Source: an uncultured bacterium (GTDB lineage Bacteria > RBG-13-61-14 > DATKZS01). Taken from it: DNA of 64,000 nt. Each line of letters opens with the position of its first letter. The first letter of the stretch is position 1. Below, piece after piece: positions 46,935-56,193 of this stretch. The stretch lies in NCBI GenBank assembly GCA_964650485.1, contig CAZYTX010000005.1:29480-93479 (forward strand), in the 5' to 3' direction. The notes beneath the pieces are model-generated. The model searched no databases and had not been told where the DNA came from. It worked only from the letters and a program-made list of their open reading frames with translations. The translations under genes were made by a program, and so were the position numbers.

Positions 46935-47045
46935 CACTCTTGTCCAAAATAGGTTTTAATAAATTAGATAAGCCCATGTTTATACTTCACATTTATTGCC
47001 TTTTACAGAACTTTAACCTGGATGCGGCCCTTTTGGACAAGAGTG
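46935..47045. mobile_element. 111-bp MITE with perfect 15-bp TIRs and 9-bp target-site duplication
   Basis: CACTCTTGTCCAAAA (46935-46949) and TTTTGGACAAGAGTG (47031-47045); ATCTCAAAG duplicated at 46926-46934 and 47046-47054; AT-rich interior. Confidence 0.9.
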
Positions 47046-47059
47046 ATCTCAAAGCTGAA

Positions 47060-47488
47060 TCATCTGCTCTTGTTGCGCGCGTCCTCGAACTTTATAAAAT
47101 CAAGGTAGCTGAGCAGCTTGTCCCTGCGGCCCGCGTCTTTTACGGACTCTTTTAAAAGCTGTTTCAAAACCTCCCTGCCCTCGCGGTCAACCTTCTTGAG
47201 CTCGTCAATATAGGAACATGCAAGGTTCACCCGGTCGTCGTCGCTCATGCGCTTGCTGGTCCTTGCCGCCAGCCTCCGGGCCGGCGTCTTCCCCGGCTCG
47301 CCGTAGAGCAGCCAGTCCACCCCGGCGCCGGTCTTCTGGGATATCCTCTCAAGGATCTTGCGGCCGGGCGACACCCCGGAGTAATACCTGCTGAGCTGTA
47401 CCGGGCTTATGCTCAGGCGCCTGGCAAAGTCCCTCTTGCTCTCCCCCGGCCTCCTCAAGCTGTCCAGCCTTTCAGTAAAATCCTCCAT
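47060..47488 (-). CDS. XRE/CI-like HTH transcriptional repressor
   Basis: FTERL...SKRDFARRLSISPVQLSRYYSG..PG..IL.RI.......DWLLYG; no S24 peptidase domain. Confidence 0.85.
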   Translation of the reverse strand: MEDFTERLDSLRRPGESKRDFARRLSISPVQLSRYYSGVSPGRKILERISQKTGAGVDWLLYGEPGKTPARRLAARTSKRMSDDDRVNLACSYIDELKKVDREGREVLKQLLKESVKDAGRRDKLLSYLDFIKFEDARNKSR

Positions 47489-47498
47489 TTTTTCATCC

Positions 47499-47559
47499 CG
47501 TTAATTTTTTCGTTAATTTACACTTGACAAAATTAACCAAATCGTTTATTATGGTTAAC
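47499..47559 (+). promoter_or_regulatory. sigma70 promoter bracketed by inverted-repeat operators (divergent switch)
   Basis: TTGACA (47524-47529), 17 bp spacer, TATTAT (47547-47552); GTTAATTT/AAATTAAC (47512-47519/47530-47537) flanks the -35; TTAACCA/TGGTTAA (47533-47539/47552-47558) flanks the -10; extra CGTTAATTT at 47499. Confidence 0.8.
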
Positions 47560-47644
47560 ATCATATTCAGTTTAAGTTCTGGCCCATGGTCACCCGCTTG
47601 AAAGGAAAACTTATCTATGGGTGCGACAGCTTAAAGAGGCCAAA

Positions 47645-48145
47645 ATGGAATTGCCGCGGCCACAAAGATACGCTTACTTCCCGCCTACCGTGATCTTCGG
47701 CAGACAACTTGTACCCGTTTATCTTAGCCGATGCGGGCCCTGCGTCCCTTTGAACTATGTATCCTCCGTCCTCGGAATAACCCCTTCCTTTGCCTTGAAA
47801 AGGGTGCTTGAAAACCGCGAGGTCATAGAGGCAGTGGACCCCTTCACCCTGAAAGTCATACCTCCCGGACAAGACCCCGGCTTCAATCACAAATACCTTT
47901 GCATCCCCATGCAGGGGATCAGCATCCTCATCATGAGTATAAACCATAACGACCTTGCTGACCCGCTGTGCCGGGAAAGGATCATCCTGGCAAAAAAATG
48001 GCTCCTGGCGCAGATAACCAACCGCGTCAAGGTCCCCGGTCGAAAGCACCAGGCCAGGTGGGACTCCGGGCTCAGCAAGGAGCAGTCCAGGGACCTGAAA
48101 AAGCAGTTCGCCAGGCTGGAGTCCCTGAGCCCGGACAAATCATAA
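47645..48145 (+). CDS. Phage antirepressor N-terminal (P22 Ant-like) domain protein
   Basis: VPLNYVSSVLGI...LCIPMQGISILIMSIN...RERII resembles the P22_AR_N pattern (VPxxxIxxxLGL...LCLPLxxLxGWLxxIN...REKL); recognised by eye only. Confidence 0.55.
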   Translation: MELPRPQRYAYFPPTVIFGRQLVPVYLSRCGPCVPLNYVSSVLGITPSFALKRVLENREVIEAVDPFTLKVIPPGQDPGFNHKYLCIPMQGISILIMSINHNDLADPLCRERIILAKKWLLAQITNRVKVPGRKHQARWDSGLSKEQSRDLKKQFARLESLSPDKS

Positions 48146-48504
48146 TCATAAGAAAGCCATCCTCCTTTCAAGAAATTCGGGCTCAAATACCGCTTTCTTC
48201 TGGTAATCAGGATACTCTGAGGCTCTGCCGTACAAGGGAAACCGAGGCTGGCCATGCAAGCTAGCTCTATAGCCTTATGAGGCTCTCCGTCAAAGCGTTC
48301 TTAACTATTATAGACATTACCTGGTATGCTTTCAAACTTTGCCTTTCCTGACAAACCATAGTGTCTGTTTTTTTAGGTTTTTTGATTAGCCGGATGAATG
48401 CCTGGATTTGACATCTTGACTTTCATCGCTAAATTCATTTAGGATGTCAAAGTTTGGGCGAGGATGCCCGTATTTTAGGATGCCGCAGAAGGAGCGTGAA
48501 TGAC

Positions 48505-50373
48505 ATGGATGCAAAACAGATGCTTGAGAAGAAGGCAGGGGTGGCGGACCTTGATAAGCTCTTTTCCATCAACGCCCCTGAACTGCACGATTTCGTGGCC
48601 TTTTACGTGGACCTGATGGTCCCTGATCGAGTGTTCGTTTGCAGCGACGACCCCGAGGACATCGCCTACATCAGGGAGGAGGCTATAAGGCACGGCGAGG
48701 AGCAGGAGCTCAAGATCAAGGGACACACCATCCACTTTGACAACGCAAAGGACCAGGCCAGGGACAAACAGAACACCAGGCTCATGACCTCGAGGAAATC
48801 CGACTTCGGCGCCGGGGTGAACGTGATAGACCGCGACCAGGGACTCTCCGAGATGCACTCGATCATGAAGGGCATCGTAAGGCCGGGCGGGACCTTGTAC
48901 GTGCTCTTTTTCAACCTGGGGCCGTGCGGCTCGGAGCTGTCCATACCGTGCGTGCAGCTCACCGACTCCGCCTACGTGGCCCACAGCGAGAACCTGCTCT
49001 ACCGCCAGGGCTACAGCGAGTTCATAAGGCTTGGCCCAAAGGCCCGCTATTTCAAGTTCGTGCATTCCCAGGGCGAGCTCGAGGGCGCGGTGAGCAAGAA
49101 CATCCACCAGAGGCGGGTGTTCATAGACCTGGACCAGGAGGTGGTCTACAGCGCCAACACCCAGTACGGGGGAAACACCATCGGGCTGAAGAAGCTGGCC
49201 TTCAGGCTGGCCATACAGCGCGCGTACAAGGAGGGATGGCTCGCCGAGCACATGTTCCTCATGGGTGTGCACGGCCCCAAATCAAGGCCCACCTACTTCG
49301 CGGGGGCTTTCCCCTCGCTTTGCGGCAAGACCTCCACCTCCATGATTCCCTGGGAGACCATAGTGGGCGACGACCTTGCATACCTATTCGCGGTTGAAGG
49401 CGAGGTCAAGTCAGTGAACGTGGAGAAGGGAATGTTCGGCATCATCCAGGGGATCAACAAAAAGGACGACCCGGTGCTGTGGAACACCCTGCACAGCCCA
49501 GGGGAGATCATATTCTCCAACGTGCTGAAGACCGAGGAGGGAGAAGTCTTCTGGATAGACAAGGACGGGCCCGAGCCTCCCCGCGGGGTCAACCACCAGG
49601 GCGAATGGACCCCGGACAAGAAGGACCAGGACGGCAAGCCCGTGCCGGTGTCCCACCCCAACGCCAGGTTCACCCTGGAGATCGGACTGCTGGAGAACAG
49701 GGACACGGAGCTGGAAAACCCGGACGGGGTCACGGTCTCAGGGATCATATACGGCGGCAGGGACTCGGACACCTGCCCCCCGGTGGAGGAGAGCTTTGAC
49801 TGGGCACACGGGGTGATCACAAAGGGCGCGTCTCTCGAGTCCGAGACCACCGCGGCCACCCTGGGGCAAGGGGGGGTGAGGAAGTTCAACCTCATGGCTA
49901 TCCTGGACTTCCTTTCAATACCATTGGCAAGGTACATACAGAACCATCTAAGCTTCGGGAAGAAGCTCGAGCATCCTCCCAGGATCTACGGGGTCAATTA
50001 CTTCCTGAAAGACGAGAACGACGAGTTCCTGAACGACAAGATGGACAAGGCAGTGTGGCTGAAGTGGATGGACCTAAGGGTGCGGGGGGAGGTGGAAGCG
50101 GTGCAGACCCCCACCGGGCTCATTCCCCGCTACCAGGACCTGAAGCCGCTTTTCAAGAACGTGCTGAACAATGACTACTCTGAAGAGGATTACGAAAGCC
50201 AGTTCACCGTAAGGGTGAAGGAGCTGATCTCCAAGCTGGACCGGATCGAAGAGGTATACAAGGATGTCGCGGACCCCCCGGCTGAGCTCCACCAGGTGCT
50301 CTCCGAGCAGAGGAATAGGCTTTTAAAGGCGCGCGAGGAGCACGGGGAGTATATCTCGCCATTGAAATTTTAG
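48505..50373 (+). CDS. pckG: Phosphoenolpyruvate carboxykinase (GTP)
   Basis: DQARD, VQLTDSAYV, YGGNTIGLKK, WLAEHM, AFPSLCGKT, VGDDLA, SHPNARF, YGGRD, SETTAA. Confidence 0.95.
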   Translation: MDAKQMLEKKAGVADLDKLFSINAPELHDFVAFYVDLMVPDRVFVCSDDPEDIAYIREEAIRHGEEQELKIKGHTIHFDNAKDQARDKQNTRLMTSRKSDFGAGVNVIDRDQGLSEMHSIMKGIVRPGGTLYVLFFNLGPCGSELSIPCVQLTDSAYVAHSENLLYRQGYSEFIRLGPKARYFKFVHSQGELEGAVSKNIHQRRVFIDLDQEVVYSANTQYGGNTIGLKKLAFRLAIQRAYKEGWLAEHMFLMGVHGPKSRPTYFAGAFPSLCGKTSTSMIPWETIVGDDLAYLFAVEGEVKSVNVEKGMFGIIQGINKKDDPVLWNTLHSPGEIIFSNVLKTEEGEVFWIDKDGPEPPRGVNHQGEWTPDKKDQDGKPVPVSHPNARFTLEIGLLENRDTELENPDGVTVSGIIYGGRDSDTCPPVEESFDWAHGVITKGASLESETTAATLGQGGVRKFNLMAILDFLSIPLARYIQNHLSFGKKLEHPPRIYGVNYFLKDENDEFLNDKMDKAVWLKWMDLRVRGEVEAVQTPTGLIPRYQDLKPLFKNVLNNDYSEEDYESQFTVRVKELISKLDRIEEVYKDVADPPAELHQVLSEQRNRLLKAREEHGEYISPLKF

Positions 50374-50399
50374 CCGCACAGGGAGTTAACTGATTTGTA

Positions 50400-50501
50400 T
50401 CGCACAGGCACAGAGGATACAGAGTAATGAAAATAAGATGCAGGCATGACTATGGGATAAGAAATTTATAAAATCTCTGTGCACTCTGTGTCTCTGTGCG
50501 A
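50400..50501. repeat. Periodic inverted-repeat element (CACAGAG type)
   Basis: TCGCACAGGCACAGAGGATACAGAG (50400-50424) versus CTCTGTGCACTCTGTGTCTCTGTGCGA (50475-50501). Confidence 0.7.
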
Positions 50502-50538
50502 AGTAAACATTTTATTTTTATCAAGAAGAAGGGGAAGA

Positions 50539-52197
50539 ATGGGAATCAAGCAAGCACGGCTGGTTCTAACAGCACTCGGAGCGGCCCTTGTTCTATCGCT
50601 TCCCGCCCGGGGAGCCGAGAAAGCCGACGCGCCCTTCCCTTCCTGGGTGTTCGGCCACGTGGTGTGGATGGACGAGTCAACCACCCAGAGCGTGTACGAG
50701 CTGGCAAAGGGCTACATGGCGCACGGCATACCGGTTGACGGGGTGATCATAGACTCCCCCTGGGAGACCGCGTACAACACCTTCGAGTTCGACCCGGAGC
50801 GCTACCCCGAAGCGCAAAAGCTAATAGACGACCTCCATCACAACGACATAAAGGTGATCATGTGGATCACGTCCATGGTGAACTTCCAGGACCCGGCTTA
50901 CCAGATGTGCCTTGACAAGGGCTACTTTGTAAAGGGACGCGAGGAGGTCACCTGGTGGAAGGGCGCCGGAGGCATGATTGACTATGAGAACCCCGAGGCC
51001 CTGGAGTGGTGGCACGAGCGCATGAACAGGACCATTGACATGGGCATAGACGGGTGGAAGTGCGACGGCACCGACCCCTTCATGCTTCTCAAGAAGCCGG
51101 TGAACCTGGTAAAGAACTGGAAGCTCAGGAAAGAGTACTCGAACGACTACTACTCGGACTTCTACCACTACACCCGCGAGCGCTCGGGCGAAAAGACCGT
51201 GATCATGGCGAGACCAATGGAGCAGCTCCTGAACGAGAGCGTGTTCGGCCTGCCCACCTGGACCAACCCCCTCGGGGCCGGCGTATACTTAAAGTACGCG
51301 CCCGTGGAGATAAGCTTCATGTCGTGGGTGGGTGACCAGGACCCCACCTTCGACGGGCTGAAGATCGCCACCCGCTGGGTCCTGGACTCTGCAAAGAACG
51401 ACTACCTGGTGGTGGGCTCGGACATAGGCGGCTACCGGGGCGGCGGCCCGGACAAGGAGGTGCTGGTGCGCTGGACCCAGTTCGGGTCACTGTGCCCGTT
51501 CATGGAGAACGGTGGAGTGGGCGAGCACCGGCCCTGGCACTTTGACGGCGAGGCCATGCGCGTGTACCGGGCCTATGCTCTCTTGCATAAAGTGCTCCTG
51601 CCCTATCTTTACTCCCAGGCAGTGGAGGCCTGGAACCAGGGCAGGTCCATGGTGAGGCCGCTCTCCCGTGGCAGGGACCATTACATGCTGGGCCGCGACA
51701 TGCTGGTGGCCCCAATCCAGCAGCCGTGCGGCAAGAAGAGGGTGGTGCTCCCAAAAGGCTCGGACTGGTGGCCACTGTTCGCGGGCGGCGAGTATCTGGC
51801 CAAGGCTGAAAAATGCAGGGTCAAGGACAGCGAGCTCCCTCTTCTTAAAGGCGGGTGCTCGTTCACCTATACGTACGGCCTTCATGAGTATCCCGTGTTC
51901 GCGCGCGCGGGTGCATTGATACCAATAAAGCCCGGGGCCGGGCCGGGCCTTTTCAATGACCCCGGGATCAAGGAGGAGCCCGGCGCAATGATGCTCGTGC
52001 CCCCGGCCCCTGGCAAAGAGTTCAATACAAACGAAAAAGTATACATGGAGGGGCGGGGGCCGCTTTCGTTTACCGGAGAGATGCGGGCCTCTGGCCACAC
52101 CGTCTCTTGCGAGGGTGGAGACTGGCCCGTGTTCATTCCCGAGTCCGGGTGGCCGCGTGTCCCGGAGAGCGTGGAGCCCATTGACTGGAAGGACTGA
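50539..52197 (+). CDS. Glycoside hydrolase family 31 (exported)
   Basis: Signal peptide; IIDSPW, GIDGWKCD nucleophile, WVGD acid/base, GSDIGGY, RWTQFG, LLPYLYS, YMLGRDMLVAP. Confidence 0.9.
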   Translation: MGIKQARLVLTALGAALVLSLPARGAEKADAPFPSWVFGHVVWMDESTTQSVYELAKGYMAHGIPVDGVIIDSPWETAYNTFEFDPERYPEAQKLIDDLHHNDIKVIMWITSMVNFQDPAYQMCLDKGYFVKGREEVTWWKGAGGMIDYENPEALEWWHERMNRTIDMGIDGWKCDGTDPFMLLKKPVNLVKNWKLRKEYSNDYYSDFYHYTRERSGEKTVIMARPMEQLLNESVFGLPTWTNPLGAGVYLKYAPVEISFMSWVGDQDPTFDGLKIATRWVLDSAKNDYLVVGSDIGGYRGGGPDKEVLVRWTQFGSLCPFMENGGVGEHRPWHFDGEAMRVYRAYALLHKVLLPYLYSQAVEAWNQGRSMVRPLSRGRDHYMLGRDMLVAPIQQPCGKKRVVLPKGSDWWPLFAGGEYLAKAEKCRVKDSELPLLKGGCSFTYTYGLHEYPVFARAGALIPIKPGAGPGLFNDPGIKEEPGAMMLVPPAPGKEFNTNEKVYMEGRGPLSFTGEMRASGHTVSCEGGDWPVFIPESGWPRVPESVEPIDWKD

Positions 52198-52280
52198 TTC
52201 AAGGTATGAGGTTTGAGTAAGGCAAGACCGGAAGGTTTTATTTTTTCGTGGCGACGTTGCGTCTATAAAGCCCATGACCT

Positions 52281-52310
52281 GACCTGTCTGCGTGTCCGCA
52301 CAGGCAGGTC
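52281..52310. repeat. CCTGYCTG...CAGGCAGG palindromic REP-like hairpin between convergent genes
   Basis: GACCTGTCTG-CGTGTCCGCA-CAGGCAGGTC. Confidence 0.6.
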
Positions 52311-52312
52311 GC

Positions 52313-54469
52313 TTACACGCTCCAGTGCCTGGCCTCGAATGACTCGTCAGGCACGGTGAAGGATATGAACCCGTCTCTCGGGTGGCACTCGATCTCCTCG
52401 CCGGCCTCGTAAAGCTTTACGATAAACTGGACCTCGTCCCCCTTCTCCATGCCCAAAAGCTTGAAGGGGGCTTTCAGCTCGACAATCCTGTCCCCGGCCA
52501 CCGACTCGATCTCTCCCACCGGGTCCAGGGCCCCGGCCCCTGTTTCCGCATACACCCTTGCCACTGCAGGTTTCTTAAAAGGAAAAATGATGACCATCCT
52601 CGCAGGCGCCAGCACCTGCACGTACACGTCCATTGCCTCTGTTTCATTTTCCAGGTCCGCGGGGTCAATACGCAGGTAGAAGTTTGTAAGGTCGAACCCG
52701 AAGTACACCTGAAGGAGCCTTTTGTGTCCCTGGTACATGGGCCCTTGGGCTGCCAGGTTCATCTTCCCGGCTGCGTGCCACTCGAAATAGTCGGTCACTT
52801 TTCCGTCAATCTTCGGACTGATGAAGTCCATTGGCTCGTCCAGGAGCCTGACCGGGTGGTCGAATATCACCGGCTCGTTCAGGAACAAGGGCTGATCAGC
52901 CCCCAGCACCATGTAGGCGTTCTTGAGGTGCATCCTGAAGATGTGGTCGAACTCGCAGTCAAGGTCCGAGCTGAACTGGTCCCCGTACCACCAGAACCAG
53001 TCCGAGCCCTCGGCCGCGCACAACGAGTCCCAAGCAGCCTGGGCCACTCCCCGGGGCGCGTCTTTTGCAATCCTGGGCAGGTCTTCCCTCACCCTGCCCA
53101 GGTAGTCCCATGCCTTGTTCTCCTCCGGACCACCGATCCAGATATCGAAGTTCTGGTTGATCCACGACCCGGTGGGCAGCTCCTCCAGCACCCGCTGCGG
53201 GGGGTGTTCGTCCAGGTATTTTGATGGCAGCGCCATCTCGATGCCCGGGCTCTCGATGATCTTGTTGTACAGCAAAGCGAGGAACTCCTTGCCCCCGTCG
53301 GGATAAGACTGCCACGGGTTCTCGCCGTCCAGGACGACGGACACTATGGCGTGGTCGTGACCCAGCCTGGACAGGGACGAGTGTATCTCGCGCAGCTTTG
53401 TCACCATGTCGTCGGCCGCGGCCTCTGCCTGCCGCTTCGAGTAGGTGAACCCGATCAGGTCCGAGAGTCCCCGGTCTCGGAAGAACACCACCAGCTCGCG
53501 GCCGTCGTCCACCCTCACCTTCCAGGGGTGAAACAGGGCCTCGTCCCGCCGGTGTGCCCGGAGCCTCTTGAACAAAAGCCCCTCGTCAGTCGCTATCCAT
53601 CTCACGCCGTTGTCAATGAATATGGGCGCCAGCTCATGGGCCACGCTCCCCTCTGACGGCCACATGCCGGATGGTCTCTTTCCCATCCACTCCTCCATGT
53701 ACGCAAGCCCCAGCCTGATCTGGGCCGAGGCGTCCTCCGGGCGCCTGAACCGGGGCGGCAGCCTCACCCCCGGCCTGGCCCTGTCCGCCAGGTTGGTGTC
53801 ATAGAGTAGCGGCAGTATGGGGTGGTACATGGGCGTGGTGGACACCTCCACCGCGCCTTCCCCGCTGAGGTGCTTGTACGCGGGCAGCACCTGGGCCATG
53901 AGTTCGATGTGCGAGTCCAGCACCAGGTCTTTGTCATCCTCTGTAAAATCCCTGCCCTTCTGCCTGAGCTCCAAAAGCTCCGGCTTCTGCTCCAGTGCGC
54001 GCCACCCGCACCAGGCCAGGTTGAACCACACCACGAGGTCGGTTATCTCCTGGTCGGAGAACTTCTTCTGGGCCTGTTCGAAATCAATCCTGCCCTTTGT
54101 GCCACGCTTGTTGAGCAGCCGGAGGTACTCGCCGAACGGCCTTATCATGGTCTCCCAGTCGGCCATGAAGAAGTAGCGCAGGATAAAGGCCCGCTCCTCG
54201 GGTCCTAACTCGGAGACCGGCTTTTTACTCAGTGCGTAGAACTGGTCCACCGCCCCTCCCTGGGACTGGTCAATGAGCTGTCGCACCAGGCATGGGGTGA
54301 GGTTCATGCACACCCTGGCACCGGGACAGCGCTCCACCGCGGCTATCATGTCCAGGTACCCCTTGACAGCGTGGAGCCTGACCCAGGGCATTAAAGACAA
54401 ACCCTGCACCGTGTCAACGTAGTATGGCTGGTGCATGTGCCAGAGGAACATCACGGACAGCTCGGTCAT
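52313..54469 (-). CDS. Glycoside hydrolase family 57 (amylopullulanase-like)
   Basis: WHMHQPYY, PMYHPILPLL, WPSEGSV nucleophile, LDGENPW acid/base, AEGSDWFWW; ATGA overlap with upstream gene. Confidence 0.92.
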   Translation of the reverse strand: MTELSVMFLWHMHQPYYVDTVQGLSLMPWVRLHAVKGYLDMIAAVERCPGARVCMNLTPCLVRQLIDQSQGGAVDQFYALSKKPVSELGPEERAFILRYFFMADWETMIRPFGEYLRLLNKRGTKGRIDFEQAQKKFSDQEITDLVVWFNLAWCGWRALEQKPELLELRQKGRDFTEDDKDLVLDSHIELMAQVLPAYKHLSGEGAVEVSTTPMYHPILPLLYDTNLADRARPGVRLPPRFRRPEDASAQIRLGLAYMEEWMGKRPSGMWPSEGSVAHELAPIFIDNGVRWIATDEGLLFKRLRAHRRDEALFHPWKVRVDDGRELVVFFRDRGLSDLIGFTYSKRQAEAAADDMVTKLREIHSSLSRLGHDHAIVSVVLDGENPWQSYPDGGKEFLALLYNKIIESPGIEMALPSKYLDEHPPQRVLEELPTGSWINQNFDIWIGGPEENKAWDYLGRVREDLPRIAKDAPRGVAQAAWDSLCAAEGSDWFWWYGDQFSSDLDCEFDHIFRMHLKNAYMVLGADQPLFLNEPVIFDHPVRLLDEPMDFISPKIDGKVTDYFEWHAAGKMNLAAQGPMYQGHKRLLQVYFGFDLTNFYLRIDPADLENETEAMDVYVQVLAPARMVIIFPFKKPAVARVYAETGAGALDPVGEIESVAGDRIVELKAPFKLLGMEKGDEVQFIVKLYEAGEEIECHPRDGFISFTVPDESFEARHWSV

Positions 54470-55524
54470 TTGTCCGGTCCCCCGGTGCGGGTCCATTCCT
54501 GGGTCATGTCCCTGAAGTTCTTCATGGAAAGGGGCACGTACTTTACGCTGACCTCGTCCGATATCTTTTGGGCGATGCCCTCCAACGTGCCTGTTATAAA
54601 ACCTATGCGCAGTGCCCTGGGAATAAAGGCCTCGATGTTGACACGGGTTTTGAGCGAGTAGTCCACCACCAGGTAGGGGTAGTCCTCCTGTATGCACCAG
54701 TGCCCCTTGCTCTCCTTTACCGGGCACTCCTCATCGAGCTCCGCCACCACCATTTCATAATAGTCCCGTATCTCGTCCTCGCCCACCGCGTACTCGCCGT
54801 CCTCGTCAACCTGCTGGAAATAGGGATGCTGCCGGCAGGCGTCAATGAACTTCTCCAGAGGCCCGGTGCGGCCCGGCTTTATCGGCTCCATCCTGCGGAC
54901 CGCCTCCTGTATCTCGTCCTCCTTTGGCATCTGGAAGGCGAACCTGCGCTCGTCCGGGTAGTCGGTGAAAACCATCGGCAGGGTCACCGACTGAGTTATG
55001 CCCCAAAAGGACCCCTCGGTCTGCAGGACAACGTACTGCTTGTTCCCCGTCTGAAAGAGCCCCACCGAGAAGTTGTATGTATGGAACATCCTCTCGATCC
55101 CGTTCCCGTCAATGAGCCACTTCCAGTACTTTGCCTCGGGGGAGAGGAAGAGCACCTTTATGTTCACACCCTCCTCGTGATACTCCTTGTAGATGATGTA
55201 CCGGCCGCGGTCGAGCTCGTCCACCATCTTCTCCAGCAGGGACTCTTCTTCGCAGTTGAAATACGATTTAAGGTAAGACTTCAGCCGCAGCCGGTGCTTC
55301 TCACTCACCTTGAAATCATACTTGTCCCTCTCGTCCTTGAAGGTCACTGACAGGTACATCCCCTCATCGTCCAGCTCCTTCTCGATCTTGTCTTTTATCT
55401 CCGAGCGGAACTTCCGCCTCTGTTCCATGAAGTCAGTGGAAGCCGCGGCCACGCTGATCAGCAAGAGGGCCGAGAGCACCCATAACCACTTTAGCCTTCC
55501 AGTAAAAGAAACCATTCCCCTCAT
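54466..55524 (-). CDS. Hypothetical exported protein
   Basis: Signal peptide, coding-like composition, translationally coupled to GH57; family not recognised. Confidence 0.7.
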   Translation of the reverse strand: MRGMVSFTGRLKWLWVLSALLLISVAAASTDFMEQRRKFRSEIKDKIEKELDDEGMYLSVTFKDERDKYDFKVSEKHRLRLKSYLKSYFNCEEESLLEKMVDELDRGRYIIYKEYHEEGVNIKVLFLSPEAKYWKWLIDGNGIERMFHTYNFSVGLFQTGNKQYVVLQTEGSFWGITQSVTLPMVFTDYPDERRFAFQMPKEDEIQEAVRRMEPIKPGRTGPLEKFIDACRQHPYFQQVDEDGEYAVGEDEIRDYYEMVVAELDEECPVKESKGHWCIQEDYPYLVVDYSLKTRVNIEAFIPRALRIGFITGTLEGIAQKISDEVSVKYVPLSMKNFRDMTQEWTRTGGPDK

Positions 55525-55546
55525 CTAATCCCTCCACTTGCCGGAG

Positions 55547-56131
55547 TTACTCCGGCTCTTTGAATCCCATGGTAATCTCCAAAAACTGCTTTAAAATCCT
55601 GGCAGTGGCCCCCCAGACGTTGTATTCCCTTACCAGGAAGAAGCAGACCGGGAAAGGCCTGCCGTTGTTCATGAACACCTCTTTCCGGAAGTTCCCCGGG
55701 TCCGTGAATTCTATAAGAGGAAGTATTATGACCTCCTCGATCTCCTCTTCGGAAAGCCTCTGTTCAAACGGGTACCGGATCACTCCCACGAACGGCCTGA
55801 TCCTGAACCCGCTGGCGAAGGTGGAGATGTCGTCCAGCCTCCCCAAAATCTTCACCTCATCCTGCTCGATGCCCACCTCTTCCCGGGCCTCGCGCAAAGC
55901 GGTGGCCAGGAGATCAGGGTCATCGTCGTCCCTGTGACCGCCGGGAAAAGATATCTCGCCCTTGTGATGGTCCACCTTGTCCGTGCGCCTGGTAAGGAGC
56001 AGGCGCCACTCACCCTGCTCTTTGAATATTGGCACCAGCACCGCGGCCACCTTGAGACCCTGAGCAGGGAGTTTCACCGGGTCCCTGCCGGAAAGCACCC
56101 GCTCTATCTCCTCTTCAGTTGGTTCCTGCAT
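55547..56131 (-). CDS. Nudix CoA pyrophosphatase (NudL-like)
   Basis: AAVLVP, LLTRR, HKGEISFPGG, ALREAREEVG, VWGATARIL. Confidence 0.92.
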   Translation of the reverse strand: MQEPTEEEIERVLSGRDPVKLPAQGLKVAAVLVPIFKEQGEWRLLLTRRTDKVDHHKGEISFPGGHRDDDDPDLLATALREAREEVGIEQDEVKILGRLDDISTFASGFRIRPFVGVIRYPFEQRLSEEEIEEVIILPLIEFTDPGNFRKEVFMNNGRPFPVCFFLVREYNVWGATARILKQFLEITMGFKEPE

Positions 56132-56193
56132 TTAATTCTAAAACCTTTGCGCCGCCCTTTCAGGGCTAAAATGTACTATACGACACATTTTTT

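Noticed and set aside
46907..47155. 82-aa plus-strand ORF
   Set aside because: Spans the MITE and the antisense strand of the repressor; spurious.
48150..48300. Imperfect direct repeat TGAGGCTCT(G)CCGT 60 bp apart, and protein-like minus-strand fragments
   Set aside because: Two short degenerate copies and broken frames with no recognisable family; insufficient support.
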